Shown here: piece by piece, positions 38,560 through 51,701 of the stretch
Layout: every line of letters begins with the position of its first letter
How positions within the stretch are numbered: the first letter of the stretch is position 1
NCBI RefSeq assembly: GCF_006345805.1
Contig: NC_043017.1
Location: 5,766,001-5,830,000 of the forward strand
From: Octopus sinensis
Taxonomy: Eukaryota
Length of the DNA stretch: 64,000 bases
Direction of reading: 5' to 3'
Position numbers and translations under genes: made by a program
The notes under the pieces: generated by a model
What the model saw: the letters and a program-made list of their open reading frames with translations, nothing else
Told to the model about the DNA's origin: nothing
Database searches by the model: none

Positions 38560-39480
38560 CATATTTCATCTCTCTCCTCCTCTCTCTCTCCTTCTCTCTC
38601 ACCTTCTCTCTCTCCTTCTCTCTCTCCTTCTCTCTCTCACCTTCTTTCACTCTCCTTCTCTCTCTCTCCTTCTCTCTCTTTCCCTCTCTTAGTTTCATCT
38701 CTGTTATCCCTCTTACTTCCAAATCTCTTTCTCTCTCCTACTTCCATCTCTCTTTCTCTCTCTCTCTCTTATTTTCATTTCTCTCTCTTTCTCACTCTCT
38801 CACTCGCTCTTTCGCTTTCTCTCTTCTCTATATGTTACTTTCACCTCTTCCCTCTCTCTCCCTTTCTACGTTTTATCACATCCTTATATCCACCTCTCTC
38901 TCCACCTTCTCTCCCCCTCCATCTCCCCCTCTTCCCCCTCTCTCCTCCTCCTCTTTCCTTCTCTCTCTCTTTCACTCGTGTCTCTCTTTTGTTCTGCTTC
39001 TCTTCTTTCTGTGCTACTTCAACTCCTTCCTCTCTTATTGGTTTTATTACCACCTCCTTCCCACCCTTCTCTCTCCTGTTTTCCATTCTTACACATCATC
39101 TATATTATTTCATCACTTCATTTATATTCCTTCTTCCCTCCTTTTTTCTCTTTCTCCGCCCCCCACCCCATTATTCTTTCTGTCTCTCTTTTATTATAGT
39201 CTTTCCTTTACTGAATTCTTCCAAGTCGGACCTCTGACCCTTTCATTTCTCGTTTAACCTACTTCCTTTCGTCTTGCCTTCTTGTCAACTTACCCACCTA
39301 CTACCCACCCAGCAAATTCACCTACCCACCTTCCTTCTTTCATTCATCCTCCTTCCATCACCACCCCTTCTCTCCTTTCCTTCATTTCGTTTCTAATCTT
39401 ATCTATCTTACTTCCTCCTCTATTTTCTTTCCTCTCTTTTCCATATCTATTTCCCCGTTACGTTTCTTCATTTGTTTTGT
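38560..39480. repeat. Polypyrimidine (CT-rich) low-complexity tract
   Basis: About 900 bp of degenerate (CT)n/(CTT)n. Confidence 0.9.
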
Positions 39481-39523
39481 CATCATTTCTCCTTGTGATG
39501 AAAAGCTAATTGTTAGTCTTGGT

Positions 39524-40115
39524 CTGTGATTCTCAACCATTTTTTGTTTTATCTATGGAACTCTTTCATTACTGTTTTATTCTGGTGGACCCTCCATAGC
39601 CATTCGATTTTTAAAAATTAGTTTTATAGATACTTCTTTCGAAATTCCTATTTTGTTCTTTGCCCATTAACTTATGTGGGTTGAATTATGTAAAACGCTA
39701 GAGAAAGAAATCTACATGTTGCAATAAATACATTAAAAGCAAAGCTTTTTTCATGGGGTAGAAAGGGCTCCTTAGCCGTAGTGAAGGCAATCTATCTAGG
39801 GAGATAATCTTATAATAAATCACTCGGTCCGTAGCTTAGAAATACTGGGTTGACGTCCAGCGGGAACAACTTTGTTTCATGGAGGAGGAAAGATCTTCTT
39901 TAGTACTTGGTTGTACAATGCTTTCCAATGTGTGTAGTAGTGGCGCGCGCACACATTATTAGCCATTTAAAAAGACTATGAGTCTCGACCACGGTCGAAC
40001 AATGATGATGATGATTTTCATGGGACCTTTATTATATTACTGCGGATTCATATTTTACTGTTTTGCTTGCGTAGACTCCCAAAAATTTTAAATGGACCCC
40101 AGTTGAAAACCATTT
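39524..40115. mobile_element. hAT/Charlie-like MITE containing a retroposed insert
   Basis: TIRs ctgtgattctcaacc / agttgaaaaccattt; flanks gtcttggt / gtccagat. Confidence 0.65.
39758..40014 (+). mobile_element. Unclassified retroposed insert
   Basis: 10-bp TSD ttttcatggg at 39748-39757 and 40015-40024; (ATG)n tail preceded by the hairpin tcgacc-ac-ggtcga. Confidence 0.65.
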
Positions 40116-40148
40116 GTCCAGATATATCGTTACAATAGTTAACATTAT

Positions 40149-40461
40149 GTCGGTTTTGACGACGAGTGTTTCAGTTGATCCGATCAGCGGGACAGCTTGC
40201 TCGTGAAATTAAAGTGCAAGTGGCTGTGTATTCCACAGACACGCGTACCCTTAACATAGTTCTCAGTGGGATTCAACGTGACATAGAATATGACAAGGTT
40301 GGCCCTTTGAAATACAGGTACTACTCATTTTTGAAAGCTGAGTGGACTGCAACAATGTGAAATAAAGTGTCTTACTTAAGACGAACGCCCCACCAGGAAT
40401 CGAACTCACGACTTTACAATCATGAAACGAATATCTCTAAACACTAAGCCACGCGCCTTCA
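40149..40461 (-). mobile_element. tRNA-derived SINE, core Y with tail T1
   Basis: Aligns with 16585-16879; head gaaggcgcgtggcttagtg. Confidence 0.88.
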
Positions 40462-41082
40462 CGTTAGTATAAATGACAACTAGGTGTATACCCAGTTGGT
40501 TAATTGAGTCTTATTTTTTGGTCTTAGTGTTATGTATCTCATCTTTACTTTGATAAAGCTGCACAGTAGTGGTAGAATGGTCGAGTGGACAGAACATTAG
40601 AATACTTCTTTAAATATCAAGAGATTAAACCAAAGGCAAGGCTTTACGTTTCTAGGCCAAACACTTTATTCTATAATATTTTAGCTAACCTAAATGTGGG
40701 CAAAGGGTACCAGAAGACGGACCCGCTCCATAGACACTTCAAATTAACTAATTTCGTTAGTCGACCTCAGCCAGCCTGGGCAGATCAAATGACTTTGACT
40801 GTGTTTCTTGGACTGTGAATGATATTCATCGTTGTGTGCAGCAATCTGTTGTGTAATACCCAACTCTCCAAACAGGCAGTGAACCGATGATTAGTACTTT
40901 GGAAACCTACAATCGAAGAGATTATTGTTCATTAGTACCACATAAATCAGATACTTCTTATCAGAAGAGTATGTTCAACGACCATGGAATGGTAAGCGAA
41001 GTCTGCAGTGCACGTTTGATTCTCGTCTGGAGCGTCACTTTACGTATTACTCCTTGTACATCTGATAGCTAACCTCAGTCAA

Positions 41083-41722
41083 GGGTGCTTCTCAACCAAT
41101 TTTTACATATGAACTACTTTGACTCCTATTTTTCTCACATGAACCCTCATAGCCATTTGATGTTTACAAAAACTTATAGTTTTATAATTGAATATTATTA
41201 GTAACTAGCAGTATCGCCCGGCGTTGCTTGGGTTTGCTTCGACCCTTTAGAATTGGAATTTTTGAAAAGTAAAAAATTTTGCATTATGTAGCTTGTTATT
41301 CTCTTTGAGTGAACATTTTTCTGGTTGAAATACACCGAAAAAATGGCGACACAGCAGTCAAAAAATCGTAAATAATAGGGATTTTCATGAAAAAAACCCA
41401 CTTTCTTGATGTAAATAATTTTTATGGTTAACATGGTCCGATTTGAATTTTTTCTTCTACGGAAGGAAGAGCAAGCCTTCTATTATACTCTCAGTTTTGG
41501 TCAACTTGCGCCGCAGGGTCTTGGAGGAGATAGTGTTAGTTGAAGGCTACCAAACCCGCCACACACAGACAACTTCAGCTTTATATAGAGAGAGATTGTA
41601 TTTAAAACATGTTAAAATATCTTGTGTTTTGTTGAAGTATAACCAATTTATTGCTGATAAACTTTAACAAGAAAACCTTATACGGATCCCTAAAGGTCAT
41701 ATGGACCGGTTAAGAACCGCTG
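41083..41722. mobile_element. hAT/Charlie-like MITE interrupted by a Helitron
   Basis: With the Helitron removed, the sequence aligns with the reverse complement of 61514-61759; right TIR ggttaagaaccgctg. Confidence 0.8.
41205..41595 (-). mobile_element. Non-autonomous Helitron
   Basis: Minus strand 5' TC, 3' acccaagcaacgccgggcgatactgCTAG with subterminal hairpin; inserted between A and T with no TSD. Confidence 0.88.
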
Positions 41723-42164
41723 CTCTACACGGTCTCCCAACCTGCTAGAAATAACAGCTAAATCCCCCTCAAATCATACTCTACTGTTTTAAAAAAGGAT
41801 GAAATATGTTGGATAACATGTATGCATTATTTTTTATGCTTGTTGATTGCTTGATGCGGGAGGCATTCGCCAGGGAGCGGAGTTTTTCAATACACTGGAT
41901 CGTTGGCACTTTTATTTTAACCAGCATGAACTTAGAACAGTGTTTTTGATAAGTTACGAATAGCCATCTCTTCTATTAATAGTTTATTACTCTATCAACT
42001 TAACTAAAAAAAATGGGAGGATGTGTTATATACGCGTATGTTGCGTACGTTTAGAAAAACTAAAGGTTGTGTCAGACAACCACCTCAAATTTGGCAACCC
42101 AGGAATTTGAAATGTTTGATGTTCGGTGATAGTGGTGTTCGATAATTTGCCAATCAGATAAGGA

Positions 42165-42167
42165 TGG

Positions 42168-42212
<45 letters not shown>

Positions 42213-42294
42213 CGACGATGACGACTACAACGACGAATGATGTTAGTTGTGATGATGGTGGTGATGATGACGATGATGATGGTGATGATGATGG

Positions 42295-42332
<38 letters not shown>

Positions 42333-42419
42333 CCGATGATGATGCTGATGATGATGCCGATGATGATAATGAGTCGGAGGAGGAGGACGACAACGACGAC
42401 AACAATGATGGTGTTAGTT

Positions 42420-42453
<34 letters not shown>

Positions 42454-42501
42454 GTCGGAGGAGGAGGAGGGGGAGTACGACGATGACGACGGTGTTAGTT
42501 G

Positions 42502-42535
<34 letters not shown>
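42165..42535. repeat. Compound (GAT)n array with repeated fixed motifs
   Basis: tgttagtt(g/a)tgatgat occurs three times and gagtcggaggaggagga twice within GAT runs. Confidence 0.9.
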
Positions 42536-42536
<1 letters not shown>

Positions 42537-43059
42537 GCCGGGCCACCTTGTTGGTGGTACATCAAATGTGAGGTTGATATCAAACGGGTGACATCTCAGA
42601 AGACATAGAAAATAAAAGTAATATTTTTCTTTTTGTTTTATTTTCTGGGTTTTTTTTTCCATTTATTTATTCATTTTTTTTTTTTTCTCATTTTGACAAC
42701 TGAATAATTTTCAAAGAACAACTTGCAAACACAATGACTATTATATCTAAAACATGTGCGCAAGAATCAAAGAACATTCCAGAAGAAAGACAAGATTCGG
42801 CTCTAATTAAGTTGAACATTTGAGAATTGAAAGAATGAAGAAAAGTTGAAAGAAATGTAAACTATGATGACGTGTTGAGGTATTTTCGTTCTTTTGTTGT
42901 TTTTTTTTTTTTTTAGTTTTGTAATTAAATTAAATATTTAAACGACAAAATTAAAAGTAAAGAAACAAAGAAACGGACCAACAAATAGATGTAAAAATCC
43001 TCTGACGTTCATATAGCAATTCAGAATTTTCAGGTTTTCTTTTTTTCTAATTTTTCTGA

Positions 43060-43242
43060 TTTCTCTCTTTACTTCTCTCACCCTCTCTCTGTAACTAGTT
43101 TCCTCTCTCTCTCTCTCTCTATCTCTCAATCTCGCTTCCTCTCTCTCTCTCTCGTTTCCTCTCTCTCTCTCTCTCTCGCTTCCTCACTCTATCTTTCTCT
43201 CGTGTCCTCGCTCTCTCGCTTCCTCTCTCCCTCTCACTTCAT

Positions 43243-43282
<40 letters not shown>

Positions 43283-43556
43283 TATCTTTCTCTCGTGTCC
43301 TCTCTCTCTCTCTCCGCTTCCCCTCTCTATCTCGCTTCCTCTCTCTCTCTCTCTTTTCCTCTCTCTCGCGCGCGCTTCATCTCTCTTCCTCTCTGTCTCT
43401 GTATCTCACTTCCTCTCTCTCTTTCTTTATCTACCTCGCTTCCTCTCTCTCTATCTCTCTCTCGCGTCCTCTCTCACTTCCTCACTGTTTCGCGCTTCAT
43501 CTCTCTCCCTCTCTTTCTCTGTACCTCACTTCCTCTCTCTCTTTGTCGATCTCGCC

Positions 43557-43611
<55 letters not shown>

Positions 43612-43620
43612 TCTCTCTAT
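43060..43620. repeat. Degenerate (CT)n array with recurring cgcttc motif
   Basis: Direct reading. Confidence 0.85.
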
Positions 43621-44494
43621 TTTGTCCCAAGCTTCATTTCGCCTTGACTCATTGGTTATCCGTTTAAATTAAGGCTTTCAAATAGGTTGGATCTTGAAGA
43701 TCAGACTAAATGTTTTATCTCTTCACTTAAAGCGTTTATTACACATGGGACAGCTTTCATCTTTAACGTAACATCTTTCAACGTTTCTTTTGCGATGCCT
43801 GTTGCAAGACACAGCTACAGCGAGCTTCCTCAGGAACATCTATTTATAAATAATAGAATTTAATAATAGAATCTATTATTTAAATATAATAGTATTTGTA
43901 GTCATAAAATTAACCCCTTCATTCCATAGCTGTGCAAAATTCTGTCTAATAATGAGAGTGAATAATAATTAGAACTTGCATTTATCCTGAAGATATATAT
44001 ATTCTCATACATGCATACTATAATACTATTAACTAGTTGAGAGTATGCAACTTTTACAAAAGAAAAAAGCAATAATATTAAAATCTTCGTTGTCCAGAAA
44101 GTCCTCAAATATTTTTTGATATATATATGATGAACCAACTTCACGGCAGGCGGTGCAGATGAGGGCAGCTGCATCGAACTCTCTCATGCACCAAATGGCA
44201 GTTGCTAAAAAGCTTTGTGAGGTAAAATCATGTAGCAACACCAAATGGCGGTGCCCCAGCATGGCCACAGCTTATGAGCTGAAACTAGAATCAATCAATC
44301 AATCAATCAATATATTTTTCAAAATGTGGTGATCACATTTTCTTTATGAACTGCAGAAAGCTAATTTTAACTCGCTGGGAGATGAGTTGCCTCTCTGACA
44401 ATCCCTTCTCTCTCGCTCCTCTCTCTCAAATACGCTTTTTTGTGCTACTTTCTACAGACATATCAGTAAAAACATTTCTCCAAATTATAAGTTA

Positions 44495-44887
44495 CTAGCA
44501 GTATCGCCCGGCGTTGCTCGGTTTGTAAGGGAAATAACTATATAAGCATTTTTAGAGAGTTATAGCCAAAAAATAGCAAAAAAAATGCATTAAAAATGAA
44601 AAAAAAATTAAGGTAAATTTTTTTAAATCGTTGACACATCGTAGATATTTTTAGAGAGTTACTTCCCTTATATAAAAGCGAAAAAAATGCATTAAAATGG
44701 AAAAATATGATGGTAATTTTTTTTAAATCGTAGACTCATCGTAGACGCGCGCTAATACCCAGAAGGGCTCGATATGAATCACGACTATAAGATACCCGCT
44801 TTTGGTTAAACTGCACCGCAAAATGTGGGAGTAGTTACGAATCTAAATCGAAGGGGACAGACACACAACTTCACTCTTATATAAAGA
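44495..44887 (-). mobile_element. Non-autonomous Helitron
   Basis: 5' TCTTTATATAAG, 3' ccgagcaacgccgggcgatactgCTAG, A|T site, internal tandem duplication of about 98 bp. Confidence 0.88.
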
Positions 44888-46304
44888 TGCTTTTTTTTTT
44901 CAGTCATAGAGTTAGATTTATGAAGGTCTTCAGTAGAAAATCCTTCGAATTCTGACTCGCTGCTTGATATAATGAAATTCGTATCCATTTTTTGTCAGAA
45001 TTACAAATTTTGAAAACACCATAGGAACAGATTTCGGAAAAAAATCTCCCATAATTCACGGAATTAAAATTACACTTCGATTTTTGTACAAAACTGTATT
45101 TGAAGTGTTTACGAATATAATACGTGTTTTCATTCACGAATGTACTAAAGAGATTTACTCTGATATTCTCATTTAAATATGAATAGGTAAATTCGGGCGG
45201 TTTGGTAAGGAAAGGGTTTATATAAGTGTCGTTCTGTTTATCATAAACACTGTTTCATACTTTCAGTTTAGTCTTCCTCAAATCACTCTGTCGCTAATTT
45301 ACTCTCTTCCAAGAACATTTTCACTCACTCTTATCTGTTAGCTTCCCATACATTTTACTCATGTATCTATCAGCGTGATAGACAGAAACAAATATTACAT
45401 CTAGTTTCACTTTATTCGTTGCACACTGTGTGTGTGCGTTTGCGTGTGCTGTAAACCAGACTAAGAAAAGCATTGACATACACACCAGAATGTGAGTTTT
45501 CTGTAAATTTTGCTTAATTGGAGTTTAAATTTTAAAAACTGGACCTGGCATGACCCGATGCATTCTACTCTTAAAAATGCTAGGTAAATTGTAATTGAAG
45601 AAATCCTATATTGTAGATTTCTATAACTTACAAAGGGAGGCAGATAAAATCTACCTTTTATAATAAGAGATATGTTGATTCCAGAATTCTTACATAGTTG
45701 TCGGTTGCTTTTGACGAAACAGAAAGCTGATGGAGAAAGGTGGTTTAATTTACTTACGTCATTTGTATCAAACATAAACTTATCTTATTTTCTTTTAACT
45801 AAAATATTTAATTGTTGTGCGCTATGTTTTAAACGAGTTAACTAGTAAAGGAGACCGCTACAGTACAAGATAAAGACTGTAACATGAAATCTGTTATATA
45901 TTTTCGATAGGTAATTCCTTTGCTGAGATCACCACTGTTTGTGTTATCGGTGCTTATTTGATGAACTGGAGAAATATTACTTCATATCTCTGTACATCTA
46001 TAACTGCGTGTTTATACATGTTATTAATACTAAAATGTAAACACAGGTACACACATTTTCATTGCGTATTGCAACCTTTCAGAGACGCAACGAAAATTTT
46101 AGAAAAAAAACATAAATAAGTGGAAATCAAACCGATGAGTGTATTAAATAATAAGGCTCTAAAAGAGAATGACTCTCCCCAGACACAATAAAATAGGCTT
46201 CAACACACGAATTCACACAAAGAATCTAGCAAACCAAATACAAAAACAATAGATATATATAAATATATCCTCTAAAGGAAAGCCAACGATCTACGAAGCA
46301 CTTC

Positions 46305-46408
46305 TGAATACCCGATCGCGCGGTTAAACCATTGGGAGTGAAGGACTCCTAGCCTTTGTTAGGACATCCTTCTAGGAGAAGGTAACTCAGGTAACTGGGA
46401 TAACTCCG
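46305..46408 (+). mobile_element. Partial copy of the 22950-23290 repeat
   Basis: tgaatacccgatcgcgcggttaaac...ggtaactgggataactc is nearly identical to 23187-23288. Confidence 0.75.
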
Positions 46409-46609
46409 ACATGAAAACCTGCGGTTCAGTGGTTGCCGATAATGTTGACTTGTTCTTCTTTTCGGATTATAGCTGCTGTTGCTTAGTGAGTGGGATTGAC
46501 TCAGTGCACAGCCTTTCCTCATTTAAAAAAAAAATCTTCTTGCACAGGCATTGCACGATAACAACATTGATTAAGCTTCGTGCAGCCACCATCTATATAT
46601 ATATATATA

Positions 46610-46647
<38 letters not shown>

Positions 46648-46649
46648 TA

Positions 46650-46755
<106 letters not shown>

Positions 46756-46814
46756 CCATATAGATAGATAGATATGTATGTATATTTGTATGTATGTATA
46801 TATGTATGTATGTA

Positions 46815-47178
46815 GGCGCAGGCATGGCTGTGTGGTAAGCAGTTTGGCTCCCAACCACACGGTTCCGGGTTCAGACCTATTGCATGGTACTCTGGGTGTC
46901 TTCTACTGTAGCCCTAGATCGACTGAAAGCATTGTGAGTGGATCTAGTAAGCTGAGAAGTCCATCGTGTGTGTGTGTGTGTGTGTGTTTGTTCACGCCAC
47001 CGCTTGACAACCGGTGTTTGGGTGCTTACGTACTCGTAACTTAGCGGTTTGACAAAGGAGATCCAATGGAATAAGTACCAGGCTTAAAAAAATAAGCACT
47101 GGCATCGATTCGTTCAATTAAAGTCCTTGAAGGCAGTGCCCCCCGCATGTCCTCGGTTTAATGACTGGAAAAAAGATG
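46815..47178 (+). mobile_element. SINE family B (diverged)
   Basis: Head ggcgcaggcatggctgtgtggtaag through tail. Confidence 0.85.
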
Positions 47179-47279
47179 AAAGCTAAAAGATCAAGCCCAA
47201 TTAGTGGTTATCTGCTTTACTACCTTCCTGTCTGTCTGTCTGTTTGTCTGTCTCTCTTTCTATATATATACATAAGAAA

Positions 47280-47508
47280 GGCGGCGAGCTGGCAGAAACG
47301 TTAGCACGCCGGGCGAAATGCGTAGCCGTATTTCGTCTGCCGTTACGTTCTGAGTTCAAATTCCACCGAGGTCGACTTTGCTTTTCATCCTTTCGGGGTC
47401 GATAAATTAAGAACCAGTTACGCACTGGGGTCGATGTAATCGACTTACTTCTTTTGTCTGTCCTTGTTTGTCCCCTCTATGTTTAGTCCCTTGTGGGTAA
47501 TAAAGAAA
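47280..47508 (+). mobile_element. SINE family A, young full copy
   Basis: Near-identical to the reverse complement of 3053-3287. Confidence 0.93.
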
Positions 47509-47731
47509 CATATATATACACGCGGGCGCACACACACACACACACACACATATATACATATATATACATACATACACAACACACACACACATATATACAT
47601 GCATACACATACACACACATATATATGTATGTACGTAAATGTGTGTGAGTGTGCATGTATACATGCATATGTAAGAATACTTATATCTGTATGTATGTGT
47701 GTATCTATCTCTCTGTCTACACACGCGCGAG

Positions 47732-47765
<34 letters not shown>

Positions 47766-48538
47766 CACATACACACGCACACACATACATACACACATAT
47801 ATAAACAGACATTTACTAAAAGCGTGACCCTATACTATTTGTTGAATCATTTATTAATCATATTGGACTTAAACGAGACTCCAAATTTCACCAATGCGTA
47901 TATATCCGTATATATGTAAGCCCGTGTTCTCTATTTATATTCGCAGCGGCCTAAAATCTGCTGTTGTTTACGCTTTACATTCCGTTCATATGTTGTTGAA
48001 CAAATAGAGATCGATAAAATAAGCAACAGATTGCAATAAGTACCGGAGATCGATACCATCAACTAACTCTTTTATGCATGGTGCTCCAGCATGACCACAC
48101 TTCAGTAACTAAAACCAAGGAAAAATATAAGGGAAGTAAAAAAACCTAATCGACAATGAAATCAAAGGAAAACTTAAGGCTCAACAATCTGCTTCGAATG
48201 GTCAGTATTGTGGTCCTGCAAGGCTGGGCAGAAAGGAAGTGAGTCATGATATATGTTAGAAATAAGTCATAATGCCTGGAGGACAGCATGACTGACCACT
48301 GTTGAGATGGATATTACTTGATTGGTATTCGATGTGTGGTGACTAAGAAGTTTACTAGATATATAGGCTTTACAGTTAACATGAAGTAACAATAGAACAT
48401 TTTATATATCTGACTAACCACTCCTGACAATGATGCAATACATTGAAAGGTATCAGCTATATCTATGTCGTTCATATGTATTGGACAATATGTGTGTGTG
48501 TGTGTGTGTGTGTGAGTGTGTGTGTGTGTGTGTATTAT

Positions 48539-48761
48539 GGGGTGAGCTGGCAGAATCGTTAACACACCGAGCAAAATTGTTTAGGGGCATTTCGTTCGTC
48601 TTTACGACATCAGTTCAAATCCAACCGAGGTCTACCATGCTTTTATCCTTTCGGAGTCAATAAGATATGTACCAGTTTAGCACTGGGATCGTTATAATCT
48701 ATTCACCTCCCCACCCAAACTGCCCCAAAATTACTGGCCTTGTCCCCAAATCTGAAACCAA
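48539..48761 (+). mobile_element. SINE family A (diverged)
   Basis: Head ggtgagctggcagaatcgtt; tail ggccttgtccccaaatctgaaacc. Confidence 0.8.
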
Positions 48762-48817
48762 ATATATATATACATATACATACATAATTACATTATATAT
48801 ACAACACACACACACAC

Positions 48818-48940
<123 letters not shown>

Positions 48941-49386
48941 TAATATAAATAATATAAAATTCAGGGTGAATACTTGATAATGTAAGCACCTGTATATGCC
49001 AGCTAGTAGCAGAGGTGAGAGGACATATGTATCAAATGAAATAAAAAACAGAACACAAAGGATGTCGCGGTATACATGTTCGAGCTTTATAAAACACATA
49101 TTCTTACATCAATGTATAATCGACATACAGATAGTTTAAAGCCCTCTTCAGCCGCATGCGATTGCTACAACCAAAGACTTGTATCACATTATGAAAGGTC
49201 TGAGAAAGAACATTGGTATTTATTTATAATGGTAGGTAAACTTAGTATCACTGAGAAAGTATGTAATATATTATATATATATATATTAATAGTAATGGTA
49301 AGACAGCAAAAGAATGAAAGAGACCTTGATATTATGTAAATAGAGGAATTTATCTGTAACATATGTGACAATTATTCTGTTGACAT

Positions 49387-49447
49387 AATAAGACTCCGAG
49401 TTTCGGATGTCGGGGCGGAAAGCTGCTCTGGCATCTCGTCAGTTATC
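49387..49447 (-). ncRNA. Type I hammerhead ribozyme motif with canonical core
   Basis: Minus strand: gataa CTGACGA gatg(loop)catc c GAAA ctc-g-gag TC ttatt. GUC triplet, near-palindromic ACTCGGAGT, helix I 4 bp plus GU. About 100 nt from a (TA)n tract. Confidence 0.72.
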
Positions 49448-49508
49448 GAGGCAAAAAAAAAAAAAAAGCTGTGAAAATGACCGTTAAACAAAGGCGTATA
49501 AATAATAA

Positions 49509-49696
49509 AACTATAGGCATAAGCACTGAAAGTTTGCATCGATAAACCCAGCGTACGACTAGTACTTAATTGTATCGACCGTAAAAAGATGAAGGGCAAA
49601 GTCAACCTCAGCTAAATTTGGACTCAGAACGTGAAGCCGGATGAAATAACACTAAATATTTTGTTCGGCGCCATAACGATTTTGCCAGCTCGCCGT
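49509..49696 (-). mobile_element. SINE family A (diverged)
   Basis: Head gacggcgagctggcaaaatcgtt and core on the minus strand. Confidence 0.75.
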
Positions 49697-49989
49697 CTTG
49701 CACACTTATTAAATAACGAAATAAAATAAACTAGTTTCTAACCTCAACAGATTTCATTTAGTAAGTTGATCGACTTCGGGAATGATCTGAACCTGGGACG
49801 TTAGTGGAAGCGCTACGGTAACAACCCAATAAACTTTTAGGGATAAGTGCGGGAACTATAGAAAACCTAGTTTTTCAGGAGGATATTTAAAGTTTTTTCC
49901 TTGTCCTCAGCCCTTCAAAAAATTTTAAGGGGTGCACTTGTACACTCTGTTCCCGAGCTTATAAAAAATCCTTTTCCAATCATAGAGTC

Positions 49990-50213
49990 TCACAGAACCG
50001 GTTTCCGTGGCGCTTATACCCGTCACCCTACACTTTCCTGGACGGGACGCCAGTCCGTCGCAAGATCACTCATTAGGCCGGCTGAGTGGACCGGAGCAAC
50101 GTGAAATGAAGTGTTTTTGCTCAAGAACACAACGCCTCGTCCGGCCCAGGAATCGAAACCACAATCTTACGCTCATCAGTTCTACACCCCCAACTTCTAA
50201 AGCTACGCGCCAC
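49990..50213 (-). mobile_element. tRNA-derived SINE, core Y with tail T2
   Basis: Core ttcttgagcaaaaacacttcatttcacgttgctccggtccactcagc; tail gcgacggactggcgtcccgtccagg shared with 20820-21120. Confidence 0.82.
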
Positions 50214-50710
50214 CCGAGCCTATGCTGTTAGGTATTTTAGTTCGATGCTCCTCGCAGCTATTGAATATGATTTCTGAAGCTGAAATTGAACCAGGGTGAA
50301 GAGTAGAGGGAGCGGTTATTGTATCATATTCTGCTAGCTACTTAACTGGATTTGAACACCTAGCTCCGTTTCGTAATGCACTGAGCATAGCAAATCTGCT
50401 AGGTTATTGACCTGAAAGCTAACTGTGGGATAACAATTACCGTTCATTGGCAGATGCACGCGCAAGCATAGACACAGACACAGTTACACAATCCCTCGCC
50501 CCGCCCCGCGCATTCGCACATGCACACAGACACTCATAAATACACAACCTCCAGAATGCATATTAACACAGACACATACGCTCATATGCATGTACGTACT
50601 TACGTATGCATGTATGTATTTATGTATGCGTTGTATCTATATATATCTATTATTTGTATGTGTGTGCATCTGTGGAAGTAGGTTGGTAGGTAAGTGGTAG
50701 CTATGTATGC

Positions 50711-50792
<82 letters not shown>

Positions 50793-50956
50793 TGTGTGTG
50801 TACGCGCGCGTACAGACGTACTAACCTATAGACTCCAAAAGAAATATTTGCAAACACTGACCTATCAGTCACTCGTTTAATCCACCCAGCCACCCAGCCA
50901 ACAAAGCAGCCACCCGTTCATCCATCCATCCATCTGTCTGTCTATGTATGTATGTA

Positions 50957-51005
<49 letters not shown>

Positions 51006-51375
51006 TGCTGTCGGTCTGTCTTTCTATCTTCTGTGTGTGCGTGTTTATTAGAAAGAGCAGGGTGGAATTGATAGATGTAGGTACGCGAAGGAGAAAGGTA
51101 TGTGTGTTCAGGGAGAAAGACAGATAGAGGGGCACAGAAAGAGGGAGAGACAGGAGAGAGAGCGAAAGAGGGGAGAGAGATAGACTGATAGACAGACAGA
51201 CAGCGGCGCGCGTGCGTTTGTCTTTGTGTATGTGTCTTTGTTGAGCTGCTTCCGAAGATTCTGTCCCATAACGAAAAATTGAGTGACAGAAAAAGAAATA
51301 TTGAACAAAGAAATGTCTATAAGAATAGATACCCGGAGAGACCATACAGATAGTAGAAGACGAGAGAGAAAGAGA

Positions 51376-51500
51376 AGAAGAAGAAGAAGAGGAAAGAAGA
51401 AGAAGAAGATGGAAGAAGAAGAAGAAGAAGAAGAGAGAAGAAGAAGAAGAAGAGAGAAGAAGAAGAAGAAAAAGAAAGAAGAAGAAAAAGAAGAAGAAGA
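51376..51500. repeat. (GAA)n polypurine microsatellite
   Basis: Direct reading. Confidence 0.95.
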
Positions 51501-51590
51501 GAGAGAGACTGTCAGACAGAGATAGAGAGATAATGGATGGGTTATGGGTGTGTATATGATTTTCGAGGTTATACCAATATTTTTTTTTTT

Positions 51591-51654
<64 letters not shown>

Positions 51655-51670
51655 ATATATATTATTATAC

Positions 51671-51701
<31 letters not shown>

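Noticed and set aside
44098-44221. Possible exon ending at GAG|GTAAAA
   Set aside because: In-frame stop after the only plausible acceptor; the 3' part belongs to a SINE tail.
44890-44988. MDTNFIISSSESEFEGF peptide resembling an acidic transposase tail
   Set aside because: Only a short low-complexity motif, and the ORF runs into the Helitron; insufficient to call.
49120-49155. CTGAAGA motif (minus) near a TA tract
   Set aside because: GAAA and helices too degenerate to call.
49728-49754. CTGTTGA..GAAACTAGT hammerhead-like string (minus)
   Set aside because: No helix II and no helix I pairing.
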